Both the position numbers and the translations under genes were made by a program. Under the pieces are notes generated by a model, which was not told where the DNA came from, ran no database searches, and worked only from the letters and a program-made list of their open reading frames with translations. Below are positions 18,149 to 27,274 of a stretch of 64,000 nt of DNA, in pieces; positions within the stretch are counted from its first letter, which is position 1; each line of letters begins with the position of its first letter. Source of the stretch: a virus (Duplodnaviria; Caudoviricetes); the IMG/VR virus record IMGVR_UViG_3300026766_000001, positions 24,336 to 88,335 of that record. One strand, 5' to 3'.

Positions 18149-18368
18149 TTCCTTCCGCTGCCCGTCCTGCGGGAGTTTTACCAGGGTTGTCAATTCCAGG
18201 CCGAACCACCGCGGCGTTTACCGTCGCCGCGAATGTCAGCGCGGCTGCCGATTCACCACCCAGGAGGCACTCGTCGGGAGCGACATCCTTGGTCACCTAG
18301 AACAAAACCTTCTCCGCAAGATCCGAGCCCTATTGGTCGAATTCGATCAGGAGAACAGAGGTCAGTGA
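18141..18368 (+). CDS. NrdR N-terminal-like zinc-ribbon protein
   Basis: CPSCG.FTRVVNSR...YRRRECQRGCRFTTQE. Confidence 0.75.
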   Translation: MPNSFRCPSCGSFTRVVNSRPNHRGVYRRRECQRGCRFTTQEALVGSDILGHLEQNLLRKIRALLVEFDQENRGQ

Positions 18369-18727
18369 TCATCGCGATCACCGGCGGACGCGACCACGCA
18401 CCGGAGCATGCCGAGGTGCTCTCTTTCTGGCGCTTTTGGAGGGAGCTCGGAGGAACCGAGCTTCGCCACGGCGCGGCTCGCGGAGTTGACTCCGTCATCG
18501 GCTCGCTGGCCAAGGGCGCAGGGGTCTACGTTCGGCCGTTTCCGGTAGACGAATCTATCGACGGTCCCTGGCCGGCCGCTGGTTATCGCCGGAACTGGCG
18601 AGCTGGCGCCAGGAGAATCCTGTGTGAGTTTGCCGGGCGCCGCCTCGCGGCGAATAACCGCAACAGCCTTAACGGTACGACATCTGTGCCGAGTCACCCA
18701 ACAAGCCCAAATAGAAAGGACGATCCT
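18365..18727 (+). CDS. YspA-like SLOG protein (DUF2493-like); no stop before the next gene
   Basis: IIAITGGRD, LRHGAARGVD, FPVD...GPWPAAG.RRN. Confidence 0.6.
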
Positions 18728-19156
18728 ATGACTAAGCTCGAGTTGGCCCTAATGCTCAACGGCCGAGAGATGGGCGAGGAGATCTCCGACGACGAGGAAG
18801 CTCTCGCCAAGGCGTCCAACCTCGTTGTCGTGTTCGGAGCCTCCGACGATCTAACGGAACTGCGGGGCGCCGTCAACGACGAAGTCAGCTGCATTTACGG
18901 CGGCTCGTTCCTGATCGATGGCAAGGGCTTGCTTCCCGACGAACGCGACGAGGACTGGAGCGACGACGAGATGCTCGAGTACCTCACCAGGAAGCGCCAC
19001 GCGGCTAAGGTCGAAGCTCTTTGGTGCGCTCCGGGATCTGAATGCTCGTGGTCCTTCAAGACGGATCTCGACGTCTGCACTTTCGAGATCATGGAGAGTG
19101 ACGAGCTGTACTGCCGCGGAATCGTCTTCGAGCTGCCGCCTCTGCGCCCGGAGTGA
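18728..19156 (+). CDS. Conserved acidic phage hypothetical protein
   Basis: SD AAGGA; MTKLELALMLNGRE...LVVVFGASDDLTELRGA. Confidence 0.7.
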   Translation: MTKLELALMLNGREMGEEISDDEEALAKASNLVVVFGASDDLTELRGAVNDEVSCIYGGSFLIDGKGLLPDERDEDWSDDEMLEYLTRKRHAAKVEALWCAPGSECSWSFKTDLDVCTFEIMESDELYCRGIVFELPPLRPE

Positions 19157-19947
19157 CAACCGTGCGCCTTCTCCTGGTCGACGGCACCAACGTCGTGGTC
19201 CGCTACGCCTACGCGATGCTGGGCGAGCGACAGGAGGATCCGAGCGATGCCGAGGCCGCCTCCGTGGTCCGCGGCGCGGAACGCGCCATCCGCCATTGCG
19301 CCACCTGGGTCCGCTGCCGTCACGCCGCGATCGCCCTGGACTCCAGCGCGGAGACCTGGCGCCGCGGCATCTCCCCCGGGTACAAGGCCAACCGCCTGGG
19401 CGTTACGCGACCGTGGTCCGAGCGCCTGCGCGCCGCCCTCGAGGCGGGTGGGTGGAGGTGTCTGCAGGTCGACTCCTTCGAAGCGGACGACATCATCGCG
19501 ACGCTGGCCGCCCGCGGCTCGGAGCGGGGGCACCAGCCGGTGGTGCTGAGCTCCGACTCCGACCTGCTCCAGCTCGCCGGCGAGTTCGCCGAGGTCTGGC
19601 AGTTCGGCCGCAGGGAGGACGAGCCGCGCTTCGTGCAGCGGACTCCCGAGTGGGTGGAGGCCAAGTACGGCTTGGCGGCCGTAGGCCAGCTGGAGCTCTA
19701 CAAGGCCCTGGTGGGCGAGCCGGGCGAGAACCTGCCCGGGGTGAGGGGAATTGGCCCCAAGAAGGCGGCTGCGCTCCTGCGGGGCTGCAGGACGGCGCAG
19801 GAGCTGCTGGCCTGCCAGGTCCTGGGCATTGAGGCCAAGGCCCAGCTCGCGACGATGCTGGCCCTCACCTCGCTGCGCTACGACGTCCCCTTGCCGATGC
19901 TGCAGCCAGCCGAGTGCGAGGTCCCGCGGGGCACCTGGCGGCCTTGA
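19153..19947 (+). CDS. 5'-3' exonuclease / flap endonuclease (PolA N-terminal-like)
   Basis: LLVDGTN, FEADDIIATLA, SSDSDLLQL, H3TH NLPGVRGIGPKKAAALL. Confidence 0.92.
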   Translation: MTTVRLLLVDGTNVVVRYAYAMLGERQEDPSDAEAASVVRGAERAIRHCATWVRCRHAAIALDSSAETWRRGISPGYKANRLGVTRPWSERLRAALEAGGWRCLQVDSFEADDIIATLAARGSERGHQPVVLSSDSDLLQLAGEFAEVWQFGRREDEPRFVQRTPEWVEAKYGLAAVGQLELYKALVGEPGENLPGVRGIGPKKAAALLRGCRTAQELLACQVLGIEAKAQLATMLALTSLRYDVPLPMLQPAECEVPRGTWRP

Positions 19948-20058
19948 CGGGATAGGGGCATAATGTCGCACGCGGGACAAATTGCCGCAACTCAGCAGGG
20001 AAGCCTTAGTGGGACATTTCGTCCAGTTGACAGGCCGGGGGGTCACCGTAAAATGGAA

Positions 20059-20096
20059 GCGGCCGGGGCGACTTTAGACGAGGCTGCCCCGGCCGC
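20059..20096. terminator. 11-bp perfect hairpin at convergence of opposing operons
   Basis: GCGGCCGGGGC (20059-20069) / GCCCCGGCCGC (20086-20096). Confidence 0.55.
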
Positions 20097-20242
20097 AAAG
20101 GAAACGAGATGCCCCGATCATACATGATCGCCACACCTCAGTCCGAACAGAACAGCCTCGTCGTCGTGTCCGCCCGGGACGTGAACCACCGGGGGCGGAG
20201 CGCCCCGTTGTGATCCCCGGGGCACCGAGGGGCGGTCACAGC

Positions 20243-20593
20243 TCAGTCTCCAAGATCGATAGCGCCGTAGAACTCCTCGGACTCTCGTTTCCACGCAGCG
20301 GACCGCGGTTGCGGAAGCACGCTTTCTGGAACCTGTTTCACCCGCGCTTCCGCAATGCCGAACGTCAGGCAGCAGGAGGGTTCGTTGTTGGGGGTGAGCC
20401 AACGGACCTCGTAACGCCAGCCCATGCCGCCGTCGTGCCAGCTTTCGACGGCCTCAATGTGGCCAACGCCTTCGCCTTCGACATGGACGCGGTCACCAAC
20501 GCGGTGCAGGCTCGGACGAGGAGAAAACGCGCGGAACCACAGGCGTTTTGCAGCCCATACGCAAGGTGCGAGCCGGCGGCGCAGGTCAATCAT
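20243..20593 (-). CDS. Hypothetical protein (SH3/KOW-like)
   Basis: HRVGDRVHV...GHIEAV...WRYEVRW. Confidence 0.5.
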   Translation of the reverse strand: MIDLRRRLAPCVWAAKRLWFRAFSPRPSLHRVGDRVHVEGEGVGHIEAVESWHDGGMGWRYEVRWLTPNNEPSCCLTFGIAEARVKQVPESVLPQPRSAAWKRESEEFYGAIDLGD

Positions 20594-21252
20594 GGAGTGG
20601 ACTCCGAATGGTGGCCGAGCCCGTGGTAGGGTCGAAGTTCGGCGCTGCCTTTGACGTACAGGGGGTGTCGGGGATGCCCGCTCGCGGTCAGGCCGAGTGC
20701 GAAAACAGGTCGCTGGCCAATCCAGCCGAGCATAGTCTCCCCCTGGTCCAGATAGCCACCGTTGACGCCCCATGCGCAGACGATGAGGGCAGCCGTCTCG
20801 GCGGCCCGCTCAACCCATAACTGATTTTCGGGGCCCACCAAATTGTCTTTGTAGCTGAGGGCCAACAGATCGGCGGGGCGCGTCGCGCGGTGCGCGAACA
20901 AGTTGACCACTTCCAACCGCTCGAAGTTCCAACGGGCGGCGAAGGAGACGCAGCGCCGGATGGTCGGATCGTCCTGCTCGCCGTCAGCTGTTGAGGGGTT
21001 GAGCATAATGAACAGACAAGCCCGCGGCTCGCCGAGAGGATCTCCTTTCCCGTCCATTGCGCCTTCGACCCACTTCCAGTTCTTCGGATCGTGCGTCCCG
21101 CGCCACTCCCGCCACAGCAGGTAGCGGTAGCGCTCATCCTTCGAGATATGCGCGCCGGCGTCATTGTACCTCATTTCACATCTCATCGGCCTCAACGTGG
21201 AACCGCTACTGGCGATCGCCTCGCTCCACTCGTTCACATTGGTTCTCGCCAT
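20590..21252 (-). CDS. DUF1643-family protein
   Basis: YRYLLWR, FIMLNPSTAD...DDPTIRRC, VVNLFA.RAT, VCAWG, GHPRHPLY. Confidence 0.88.
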   Translation of the reverse strand: MARTNVNEWSEAIASSGSTLRPMRCEMRYNDAGAHISKDERYRYLLWREWRGTHDPKNWKWVEGAMDGKGDPLGEPRACLFIMLNPSTADGEQDDPTIRRCVSFAARWNFERLEVVNLFAHRATRPADLLALSYKDNLVGPENQLWVERAAETAALIVCAWGVNGGYLDQGETMLGWIGQRPVFALGLTASGHPRHPLYVKGSAELRPYHGLGHHSESTP

Positions 21253-21419
21253 TTTGGTTCGGCCGCTTTCCATCGGTCTCTCATTAAGACAAGATTCCTC
21301 CTGAGGTCTTGGCCTGTTCCGAGGCGACCATTGAAGCCGTCGTCCCACCAGTGACCGTATTGGCGCGCCCATTGTAGCCACGCGACGATCCATCGGACGC
21401 GCTCTACAAGGCGGCGCAT
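21234..21419 (-). CDS. Small hypothetical protein
   Basis: MRRLVERVRWIVAW...; packed in operon. Confidence 0.4.
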   Translation of the reverse strand: MRRLVERVRWIVAWLQWARQYGHWWDDGFNGRLGTGQDLRRNLVLMRDRWKAAEPKWREPM

Positions 21420-21421
21420 CC

Positions 21422-21754
21422 TCACAGCAGAGCCCTCTTCATCCGCGCTGCGAACTCCAGCACCGCGCGCCAGCGGTTCGCTCCCGGCGCGGGAGCGCGT
21501 AGAATGAGTGGGCACCGGCGTTGTTTGGGCCTGGCATCTTTGAACAGGCCGACCAAGTGGCGCCCCCACAGGCACAGCCCATCCGCCTTCCGCAACTTCA
21601 TAGCCGGCCGGAACACGGTGGAAAGGCGCGACCGCTGGGCCGGCTTGGCGCGGTGAGCGCAGCCGCTGCAGTCACGTGTCCAGAACTTCCCCGATCCGTC
21701 GTACTTCGTCGGGAACGCCTCGGGCGGTCGGCGGATGTTGACGAGATCGCTCAT
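21422..21754 (-). CDS. Hypothetical Cys-containing protein
   Basis: CSGCAH...CLWG...CP; ATGA coupling. Confidence 0.5.
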   Translation of the reverse strand: MSDLVNIRRPPEAFPTKYDGSGKFWTRDCSGCAHRAKPAQRSRLSTVFRPAMKLRKADGLCLWGRHLVGLFKDARPKQRRCPLILRAPAPGANRWRAVLEFAARMKRALL

Positions 21755-21903
21755 CGCCCCATGTTGGCGTCGTGGCACCGCTTGAGCTTTTTCCGATCTT
21801 CCGGCGCCATGCCTTCGTGAGCCATCTTCTTGTGGGCTTCCACGATCCTGAGGTGCTCCTGGCCTTTGAGATCTTCCGGCTCCGGACCTGTGGGCATCTT
21901 CAT
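21751..21903 (-). CDS. 50-aa hypothetical protein (not in ORF track)
   Basis: MKMPTGPEPEDLKGQEHL...; coupled at both ends. Confidence 0.4.
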   Translation of the reverse strand: MKMPTGPEPEDLKGQEHLRIVEAHKKMAHEGMAPEDRKKLKRCHDANMGR

Positions 21904-22085
21904 GACGCAGCTCCTTTCTCTTCTTCGTCCAAGCGGATCAAGTTGCGGTGCATAGCCTCCAGTCTACGCTTCAACCTCTCCGCCACCAAGGCCTTCGCGC
22001 GGTCTCCACTATCCCAGGCGCAGCGCGCCTCGTCGGCAGCCTTGCCAATGCGCCACCAGATCTCAATCAGAAGGTCGCGCAGCAT
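21900..22085 (-). CDS. Small helical hypothetical protein
   Basis: MLRDLLIEIWWRIG...; coupled. Confidence 0.5.
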   Translation of the reverse strand: MLRDLLIEIWWRIGKAADEARCAWDSGDRAKALVAERLKRRLEAMHRNLIRLDEEEKGAAS

Positions 22086-22423
22086 TATTCCTCCAGCGCC
22101 TTCAGGGCCGCGGCTACTCGCGCCTCGTGTCCTGGTGAGCGATGTTGCATTTCGGGGTTGGGGTCCACGCCCTCCTTCTCCTGCCAGACGCGACGCTCCG
22201 CCAGCCAATGCTCGTAGGCCGGCGTACCGTCGAGCCCGAAGACCTCGCGCGCCGGCCGCAGCTCGCCGAGCCTTGCTGCGAGGTCGCGCAGTATGGCCTC
22301 GATCGTGGGTCCGGACGGCTGGGTCGGGTGCTGCTCCACGACCTCGAGCCATATACTCAGCGGTACGTATTCCAGGCGACCGTCCGCGGTCCAGCCGATC
22401 GGAATCTGGGGTTCGGAGGTCAC
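22085..22423 (-). CDS. Hypothetical protein
   Basis: 112 aa, coupled at both ends. Confidence 0.55.
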   Translation of the reverse strand: MTSEPQIPIGWTADGRLEYVPLSIWLEVVEQHPTQPSGPTIEAILRDLAARLGELRPAREVFGLDGTPAYEHWLAERRVWQEKEGVDPNPEMQHRSPGHEARVAAALKALEE

Positions 22424-22626
22424 TCTTGATCTCCGTCGCGCGCGAGCATTTGGTCATTTGCCCGTTGCGCCCAGCGTTCGGCGGCAAGGAGCGTGGGCAA
22501 GCCCGACCTAACGACCTTCTCGTCCGGCTGGACCGGCATGGACTCCCCAAGTGGACGACAGTGTCCGCCGTGCCCCTGCGCCACCTTGAACGTTTGATCG
22601 ATTCCGGGGCGGTAGTTATATGCCAT
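22420..22626 (-). CDS. Small hypothetical protein
   Basis: MAYNYRPGIDQ...; SD GGA, overlaps neighbours. Confidence 0.4.
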   Translation of the reverse strand: MAYNYRPGIDQTFKVAQGHGGHCRPLGESMPVQPDEKVVRSGLPTLLAAERWAQRANDQMLARDGDQE

Positions 22627-22993
22627 GTGAATCCTCGGGATTCCTGCCGTCGAGGATGGCACGGAGTCTCTGTAACGGTGCGCTCGTGATTCCGTAAGTG
22701 CATTGGTCGGCAATGGCTCGCAGCTCGGGCCAGGCGTTGTACCGCCTAGCCGCCGCAGCGTAGCCGGCGGCGCGCTGCTTATCATTCTTCCATATGCCGC
22801 GCTCGGGAGCCAGGAAGTGGTGATCGAACTCGGTGTGGTGGCTCAGCCTCTCCGGCAGCGGCTCCTCTTCCGGGTCCCATGTCACTAGGCCGGTGTCTTC
22901 CAGGTAGCGGGCAATAGCGTCCCACCACGATTCTTGAGTTGGGCGGAGCCCCGTCTTGATGGGAAGCTCGGCGAGGAATTGGCTCTTCTTCAT
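22616..22993 (-). CDS. Hypothetical protein
   Basis: SD AAGGGAG; 125 aa. Confidence 0.55.
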   Translation of the reverse strand: MKKSQFLAELPIKTGLRPTQESWWDAIARYLEDTGLVTWDPEEEPLPERLSHHTEFDHHFLAPERGIWKNDKQRAAGYAAAARRYNAWPELRAIADQCTYGITSAPLQRLRAILDGRNPEDSHGI

Positions 22994-23053
22994 GCTTGCT
23001 CCCTTCTTCGTTACTTCTATACTCTCGATTGTATCGCGCTCAAGATCGCCGCG

Positions 23054-24445
23054 TCAAGTGCGCGCGCGAATCGAGTAGTACGCGACGCCGTCCGTTTCGG
23101 TTCGCGCCAGATCGCCGGCCGGATCGAGGCAATCGCAATCCATCAGGAAGGTAAGAAAGCCGGAATCCTCCGCCGGCCAGGCCTCTGCCCAGGCGGGATT
23201 CACCGCGCCGTCGCGCCACAGGCCGAGCTCGGCCGCGCGCGCCGCCAACGCCTTCGCGGTCTCGGTCGCGATCCCGAACCACTTCTCGAAGGACGACACC
23301 TTCGTCACCCCGAACCAACCCGACACCAGGGCGAAGACCACGACGTCCTCGGGGATACCCTCTTTCTCCGCCGCGCCGATGACGTCGGCGAGCCCGGGGG
23401 GCGCCGCGACGGCCGCCTTCACCGCCTCGCGCTGCTCGAAGAGGTGGCGCTTCGCCTCGGTCGGCATTCCCGCCCACCTCTTCCGGCCGTACTCGGTCCG
23501 CTGGGCCGGCGTCCACTTGTTCATGCGCAAGCGGGAGTTCGCGCGGATCCGCTCGAGGCCGGCCGCGCTGAAGCCCTTCCGGCGCAGCGTCTCGGCCGCC
23601 TTCCTCGTCCGTTCCGCGCGCGCCTCGGCCGGCCGGGAGTGAGTGGCCGCCGCGCCCATCTTCGCGATCTCGCGCCGGCGCTCGGGGTCCATCTTCGCCG
23701 CCCCCTTCTTGCAGCCCTTGACCAGGTTCTCTCGCGGCTGCGTGGCCAAGCGCGTCCTCGCCGCCCGCTGGCCGATCTCGCGGCGTTGCTCGGGCGTCCT
23801 CGCCGCCCACTGGCGCTGGATCGCCGCGGTCACCTTCGGATTCGGCCCCCGCGGGCCAGGAGGCGGCGCCGGTGGCCAGGTGAAACACCGCAGGCACGAG
23901 GTGCACCGGTAGGTGAACCTGCCATGGCTGGCGCGCTGGTGCCGACTGGACGACCCGCCGCAGGATGGACATTGCGGGTTCGGAGGACCATTCTCCTGCG
24001 CCTGCATCATCGTGGCGGGCGGTGGGGAGTGCGCGTTTTTCGACCTGGAACTTGCAATCGGATCGTCGTGACTACTCACCACCAGCGCAGGCGCGACGTC
24101 CTGGTGGGCGATTTCACCCGCCTGGGCGTCCTCGGCTTCCTCACGGGCGACTTGGCGCTTGGGCGAATTTTCCCTCCACAGCTGCTCCGCGAGCTCCAAC
24201 TGCCGCGGGGTGAGGAAGCCCTTGTCGGCCAGCTGATTGGCGAGGTCGCGGGAGATGGGGTGCTGGAGTGCCAGCCATTTCTTGAGCCCCGGGTGCTGCC
24301 TCAGGAACTCCGGTGCATCGGACCTTCGCCTGCCGGGGCGAAGGTGCTCGGGCACTGGGCCCTGGAATTGCGACCTGTCGATTCCACCGGAGGTCGCCTG
24401 GCGACTGCCCGTGAAGGCGCGGCCGGTCTCGCGAGAGCCGGCCAT
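23054..24445 (-). CDS. Basic multi-domain protein: IS1 InsA-like zinc ribbon plus KGG/NUMOD-like helical repeats (start uncertain)
   Basis: CPSCG...RFTYRCTSCLRCFT; repeats TPEQRREIG, DPERRREIAKMG, TPAQRTEYG. Confidence 0.65.
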   Translation of the reverse strand: MAGSRETGRAFTGSRQATSGGIDRSQFQGPVPEHLRPGRRRSDAPEFLRQHPGLKKWLALQHPISRDLANQLADKGFLTPRQLELAEQLWRENSPKRQVAREEAEDAQAGEIAHQDVAPALVVSSHDDPIASSRSKNAHSPPPATMMQAQENGPPNPQCPSCGGSSSRHQRASHGRFTYRCTSCLRCFTWPPAPPPGPRGPNPKVTAAIQRQWAARTPEQRREIGQRAARTRLATQPRENLVKGCKKGAAKMDPERRREIAKMGAAATHSRPAEARAERTRKAAETLRRKGFSAAGLERIRANSRLRMNKWTPAQRTEYGRKRWAGMPTEAKRHLFEQREAVKAAVAAPPGLADVIGAAEKEGIPEDVVVFALVSGWFGVTKVSSFEKWFGIATETAKALAARAAELGLWRDGAVNPAWAEAWPAEDSGFLTFLMDCDCLDPAGDLARTETDGVAYYSIRART

Positions 24446-24657
24446 CTTATTCGGTTCCGGAAACCGGACACCGCGCGGCGAACTCGAGGCGCAATGTGAC
24501 TTGCCCGCCGCCAGGAACGGGCGGCTGAAGCTCGACATCGGCTCTAGTGGAATCGCCGCCATTGAGCCCCGCCGCGATGCTTTTCACGCATGAAGCAATT
24601 CGCTCGCTCAGATCGCCGATTTGTTCGTCTCTCTTCGCCACGTTCTCCTCTCTTTCT

Positions 24658-24879
24658 TTAAGTGCAGTCCTCCGCTTCCGCCGCCCGTCGTAGCACGCTG
24701 CGTATCCAATCGGACATCCGAGCGTCGGGCCTCGGTAACGACAGCCGCCGCGCCCACCGTTCGGCAGCTCGACGATATGATTCGTGCTCCTCGAGGTCCA
24801 CCCGGAAGTTCACTAAACCGAGCCTTTCACGTCGTTGCGGTACCGCCGCGGCCTTCGCTTTCCGTCGTATGTCCGCCAT
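24658..24879 (-). CDS. Ribbon-helix-helix-like DNA-binding protein
   Basis: LVNFRVDLEEHESYRRAA...MSDWIRSVLRRAA. Confidence 0.65.
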   Translation of the reverse strand: MADIRRKAKAAAVPQRRERLGLVNFRVDLEEHESYRRAAERWARRLSLPRPDARMSDWIRSVLRRAAEAEDCT

Positions 24880-24886
24880 ACCAATG

Positions 24887-24937
24887 ACGCTATCATAAAG
24901 ACCAAGGCTTGACAAGGGCGCAACCGCGAGGTACGCT
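24887..24937. promoter_or_regulatory. Divergent promoters sharing one near-palindromic -35 site
   Basis: CTTGACAAG at 24908-24916 gives + TTGACA-17-TACGCT and - TTGTCA-17-TAGCGT; the minus promoter is leaderless to ATG 24879. Confidence 0.6.
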
Positions 24938-25018
24938 CCCTCCGTGGCACTAGTAAGCGGGGCGCTGACGGAGAAAGATCGAGTCCCCGCGCCAGCACCA
25001 TTGCCAAAGGAGAGACCA

Positions 25019-25310
25019 ATGGATGCGAAGTCCACAGAAGATCGGCGCGAGGAACTGCTAGCAGAGCAGGCCCGCCTCCAGGCTGAGGTTCAAGGACCTG
25101 GAGCACCAGTGCGCCTTGCAAATTTCCCAGAGAAAGGCGAAGGCGGCTCAGATCATTCTTGAGCTAACGCGGCTGAAGAGACTGAGGCGGTTCGCACTGG
25201 AAACGGAATTCTTGTCGATCGCAAGGGAGGAATTGGACGCGCCGACGTTCCGACGCCTCTACTCGCTTGCGCATCAGCGGGCAGGGCTTTCTGACGAGCC
25301 GGCAACCTGA
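25019..25310 (+). pseudogene. Coiled-coil protein with one-base frameshift
   Basis: SD GGAGA-ATG 25019. Removing one G at 25087-25088 joins ...RLQAE to FKDLEHQCALQISQRK... Confidence 0.5.
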
Positions 25311-25478
25311 AGGACGTGGTTGTCGAATTGATCCTGACGGAGATAGGCTGACATGAGGAAAAGGACTGGCGACGATCCAGCCGCTTCCGCCGCCGCCAGT
25401 AAAAACAAACTCTACCCCGGAGGCGACCTCTGATCGCCAACGGATAACGCGGCTCCGCAAAGAAAGGAACCAAGAGAA

Positions 25479-26000
25479 ATGAGCTTGATCGACAGAATTG
25501 TGAATGAACTGAACACCTTTACCAAGAGCGCGGCAAAGGATGCGGTCCTTTTGCGAACAACCGAGAGTTCCCTGAGGAAGAACGTGGCTGACGCCCAAGA
25601 GACTCTTAAACTGGCGGTAATTGTTTACGAGTCCTTGGAGCCCGAAGCTGTCGACAACTTTTGGGCACACGAAGTTTATGCGCCGTACTGTCACGAATCG
25701 GCCCCTGTCTACCTGAAAAATCTTGACGAAGCCGTACAACGCTTCAAGGAGGGAGTTCAGGCCCGAAGGGACCAAGCGGTAGCCGATCGGGTCCAAGCGA
25801 AGGCAACCCACACCAATGCCGTGGCGACGGATTCGAACGTGAGGCCCGGGGTTGGTGCGGCGCCTGCTGACGGCGCGCCCGTTATGCCGGCAGGGCCCGG
25901 CAAAACCCTCGTTGACGATTCGGTCTTAGAGGCGTTACTCGTGCTTCTCCGCGACGCGCTCGCCAGCGCAGAGGCTACGATCGCCGCCCTCAAGGAATAA
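25479..26000 (+). CDS. Hypothetical protein
   Basis: SD AAGGA; 173 aa, lower GC. Confidence 0.6.
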   Translation: MSLIDRIVNELNTFTKSAAKDAVLLRTTESSLRKNVADAQETLKLAVIVYESLEPEAVDNFWAHEVYAPYCHESAPVYLKNLDEAVQRFKEGVQARRDQAVADRVQAKATHTNAVATDSNVRPGVGAAPADGAPVMPAGPGKTLVDDSVLEALLVLLRDALASAEATIAALKE

Positions 26001-26007
26001 TCCTGCG

Positions 26008-27003
26008 CTAAGCCGCCCGCCGGCGCGACCCCGCCTCAATCAGCTCCAGGGTCTCGAAACACCGGCAGTGGGGGTGCGCCGGCGGGCCTCCCTTGTACGC
26101 GTGCCGGTAGCTGCCGCCGATTGGCGCCAGGGAGCCACGGAGTGGCCCGCAGACAGGGCAGGGGGCCGGGTTCGCCCGCCGATTCCAGCGCCGCATGTAC
26201 CGGCCCCGGGGCAGAGAGCCGGACTCGATCGCCTGCTCCCACAGGGCCTTCTGCGTCTCGGTGGCGGCGCGGGCCACCTCGGTGCGGGCGATGGCCAAGG
26301 CCCGAGACGCCTTGCGCTGATCGAGTGCCGCGGCCAGCCAACTATCCACCTGCGCGGCCTGCGCGCCCGCCTGGTAGCGGTCCACGAAGGCCTCCAGGGT
26401 CACCGCGCCACGCCGGCGCTGGCGGTAGACCTCCTCGAGCGCCCAGCGGGGGACGCGGTTCGACCGCAGGGCCACTTCGAGCTTGAGCTGCCGGCCTGCC
26501 CTGGCTGTGTCAAGGCCAATGTGCTCGCGCAACTGCCGGGCGATCTTCTCGACGGGCAGGCCGTCGCGGATCCCGTTGGCCACCACCTCCCGAACCGTCT
26601 CCCGCGCCTTGGCAGACAGGCCGGTGATCAGCTTTCCGACGGTGGCGCGCGCGGTCCTGGGTGCCGCGGCGAGGAAAGCGTCGACCGAGACGGGCTTCAC
26701 CACCAACGGGGAGGCGTTGAGGTCGCGCAGCGCCGCCAAGCCGCCGCGGCGCACGATCCCGAGGACGATCCTTGTGGCATCCACTTGGAAGGTGCCCAGG
26801 ATGGTCCGGACCTCGAGGAGGACCTCCAGCTTGGAGAGGTCAGCGGCGGCTACCGGCACCTTGACCTTGGAAAGCAGCGTCGCCACAGCCTCCAGACTCA
26901 CGGAGCCGCGGCCCCGATCGACGGCGGCCTCCCAGGCGGTGACGAGGGCGGCGGACTGGCGGTCTGCGGTGGAGCGAAGGGCTGAATTCACCCTTGTTCT
27001 CAA
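26008..27003 (-). CDS. Head morphogenesis / minor capsid protein (SPP1 gp7, Mu F-like)
   Basis: IARTEV.RA...; CPVC..L.G; PPAHPHCRC. Confidence 0.88.
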   Translation of the reverse strand: MRTRVNSALRSTADRQSAALVTAWEAAVDRGRGSVSLEAVATLLSKVKVPVAAADLSKLEVLLEVRTILGTFQVDATRIVLGIVRRGGLAALRDLNASPLVVKPVSVDAFLAAAPRTARATVGKLITGLSAKARETVREVVANGIRDGLPVEKIARQLREHIGLDTARAGRQLKLEVALRSNRVPRWALEEVYRQRRRGAVTLEAFVDRYQAGAQAAQVDSWLAAALDQRKASRALAIARTEVARAATETQKALWEQAIESGSLPRGRYMRRWNRRANPAPCPVCGPLRGSLAPIGGSYRHAYKGGPPAHPHCRCFETLELIEAGSRRRAA

Positions 27004-27173
27004 TCCTGAACGATGATGACTTGCGCGGGATCCTCCAGGAGCGCCAAGACGCGACTCCAGTCGGGTTGCGACGGAGAACTCGGCGGCGCCTCACCGAGGG
27101 CCCACTTCCCGATGATCTCGACGGCTTCGTCGGTAAAATCGACCACGTATTCGTCCGTCTCAACGCGCATCAT
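27000..27173 (-). CDS. 57-aa acidic hypothetical protein (not in ORF track)
   Basis: MMRVETDEYVVDFTDEAVEIIGKW...; stop overlaps the start of the gp7-like gene. Confidence 0.5.
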   Translation of the reverse strand: MMRVETDEYVVDFTDEAVEIIGKWALGEAPPSSPSQPDWSRVLALLEDPAQVIIVQD

Positions 27174-27274
27174 TTTCCCTTCGGCTCCCAGAGCCAGATG
27201 GCTATGGCAAACGGTAGAGCAGCTCGGCGCCCCGCCGCGGTCTGCTGGCTACCGCAAGAGGTCCACTACCAGCA

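Noticed and set aside
23054-24445. IS1-family transposase
   Set aside because: Only the zinc ribbon matches; no DDE domain or terminal inverted repeats.
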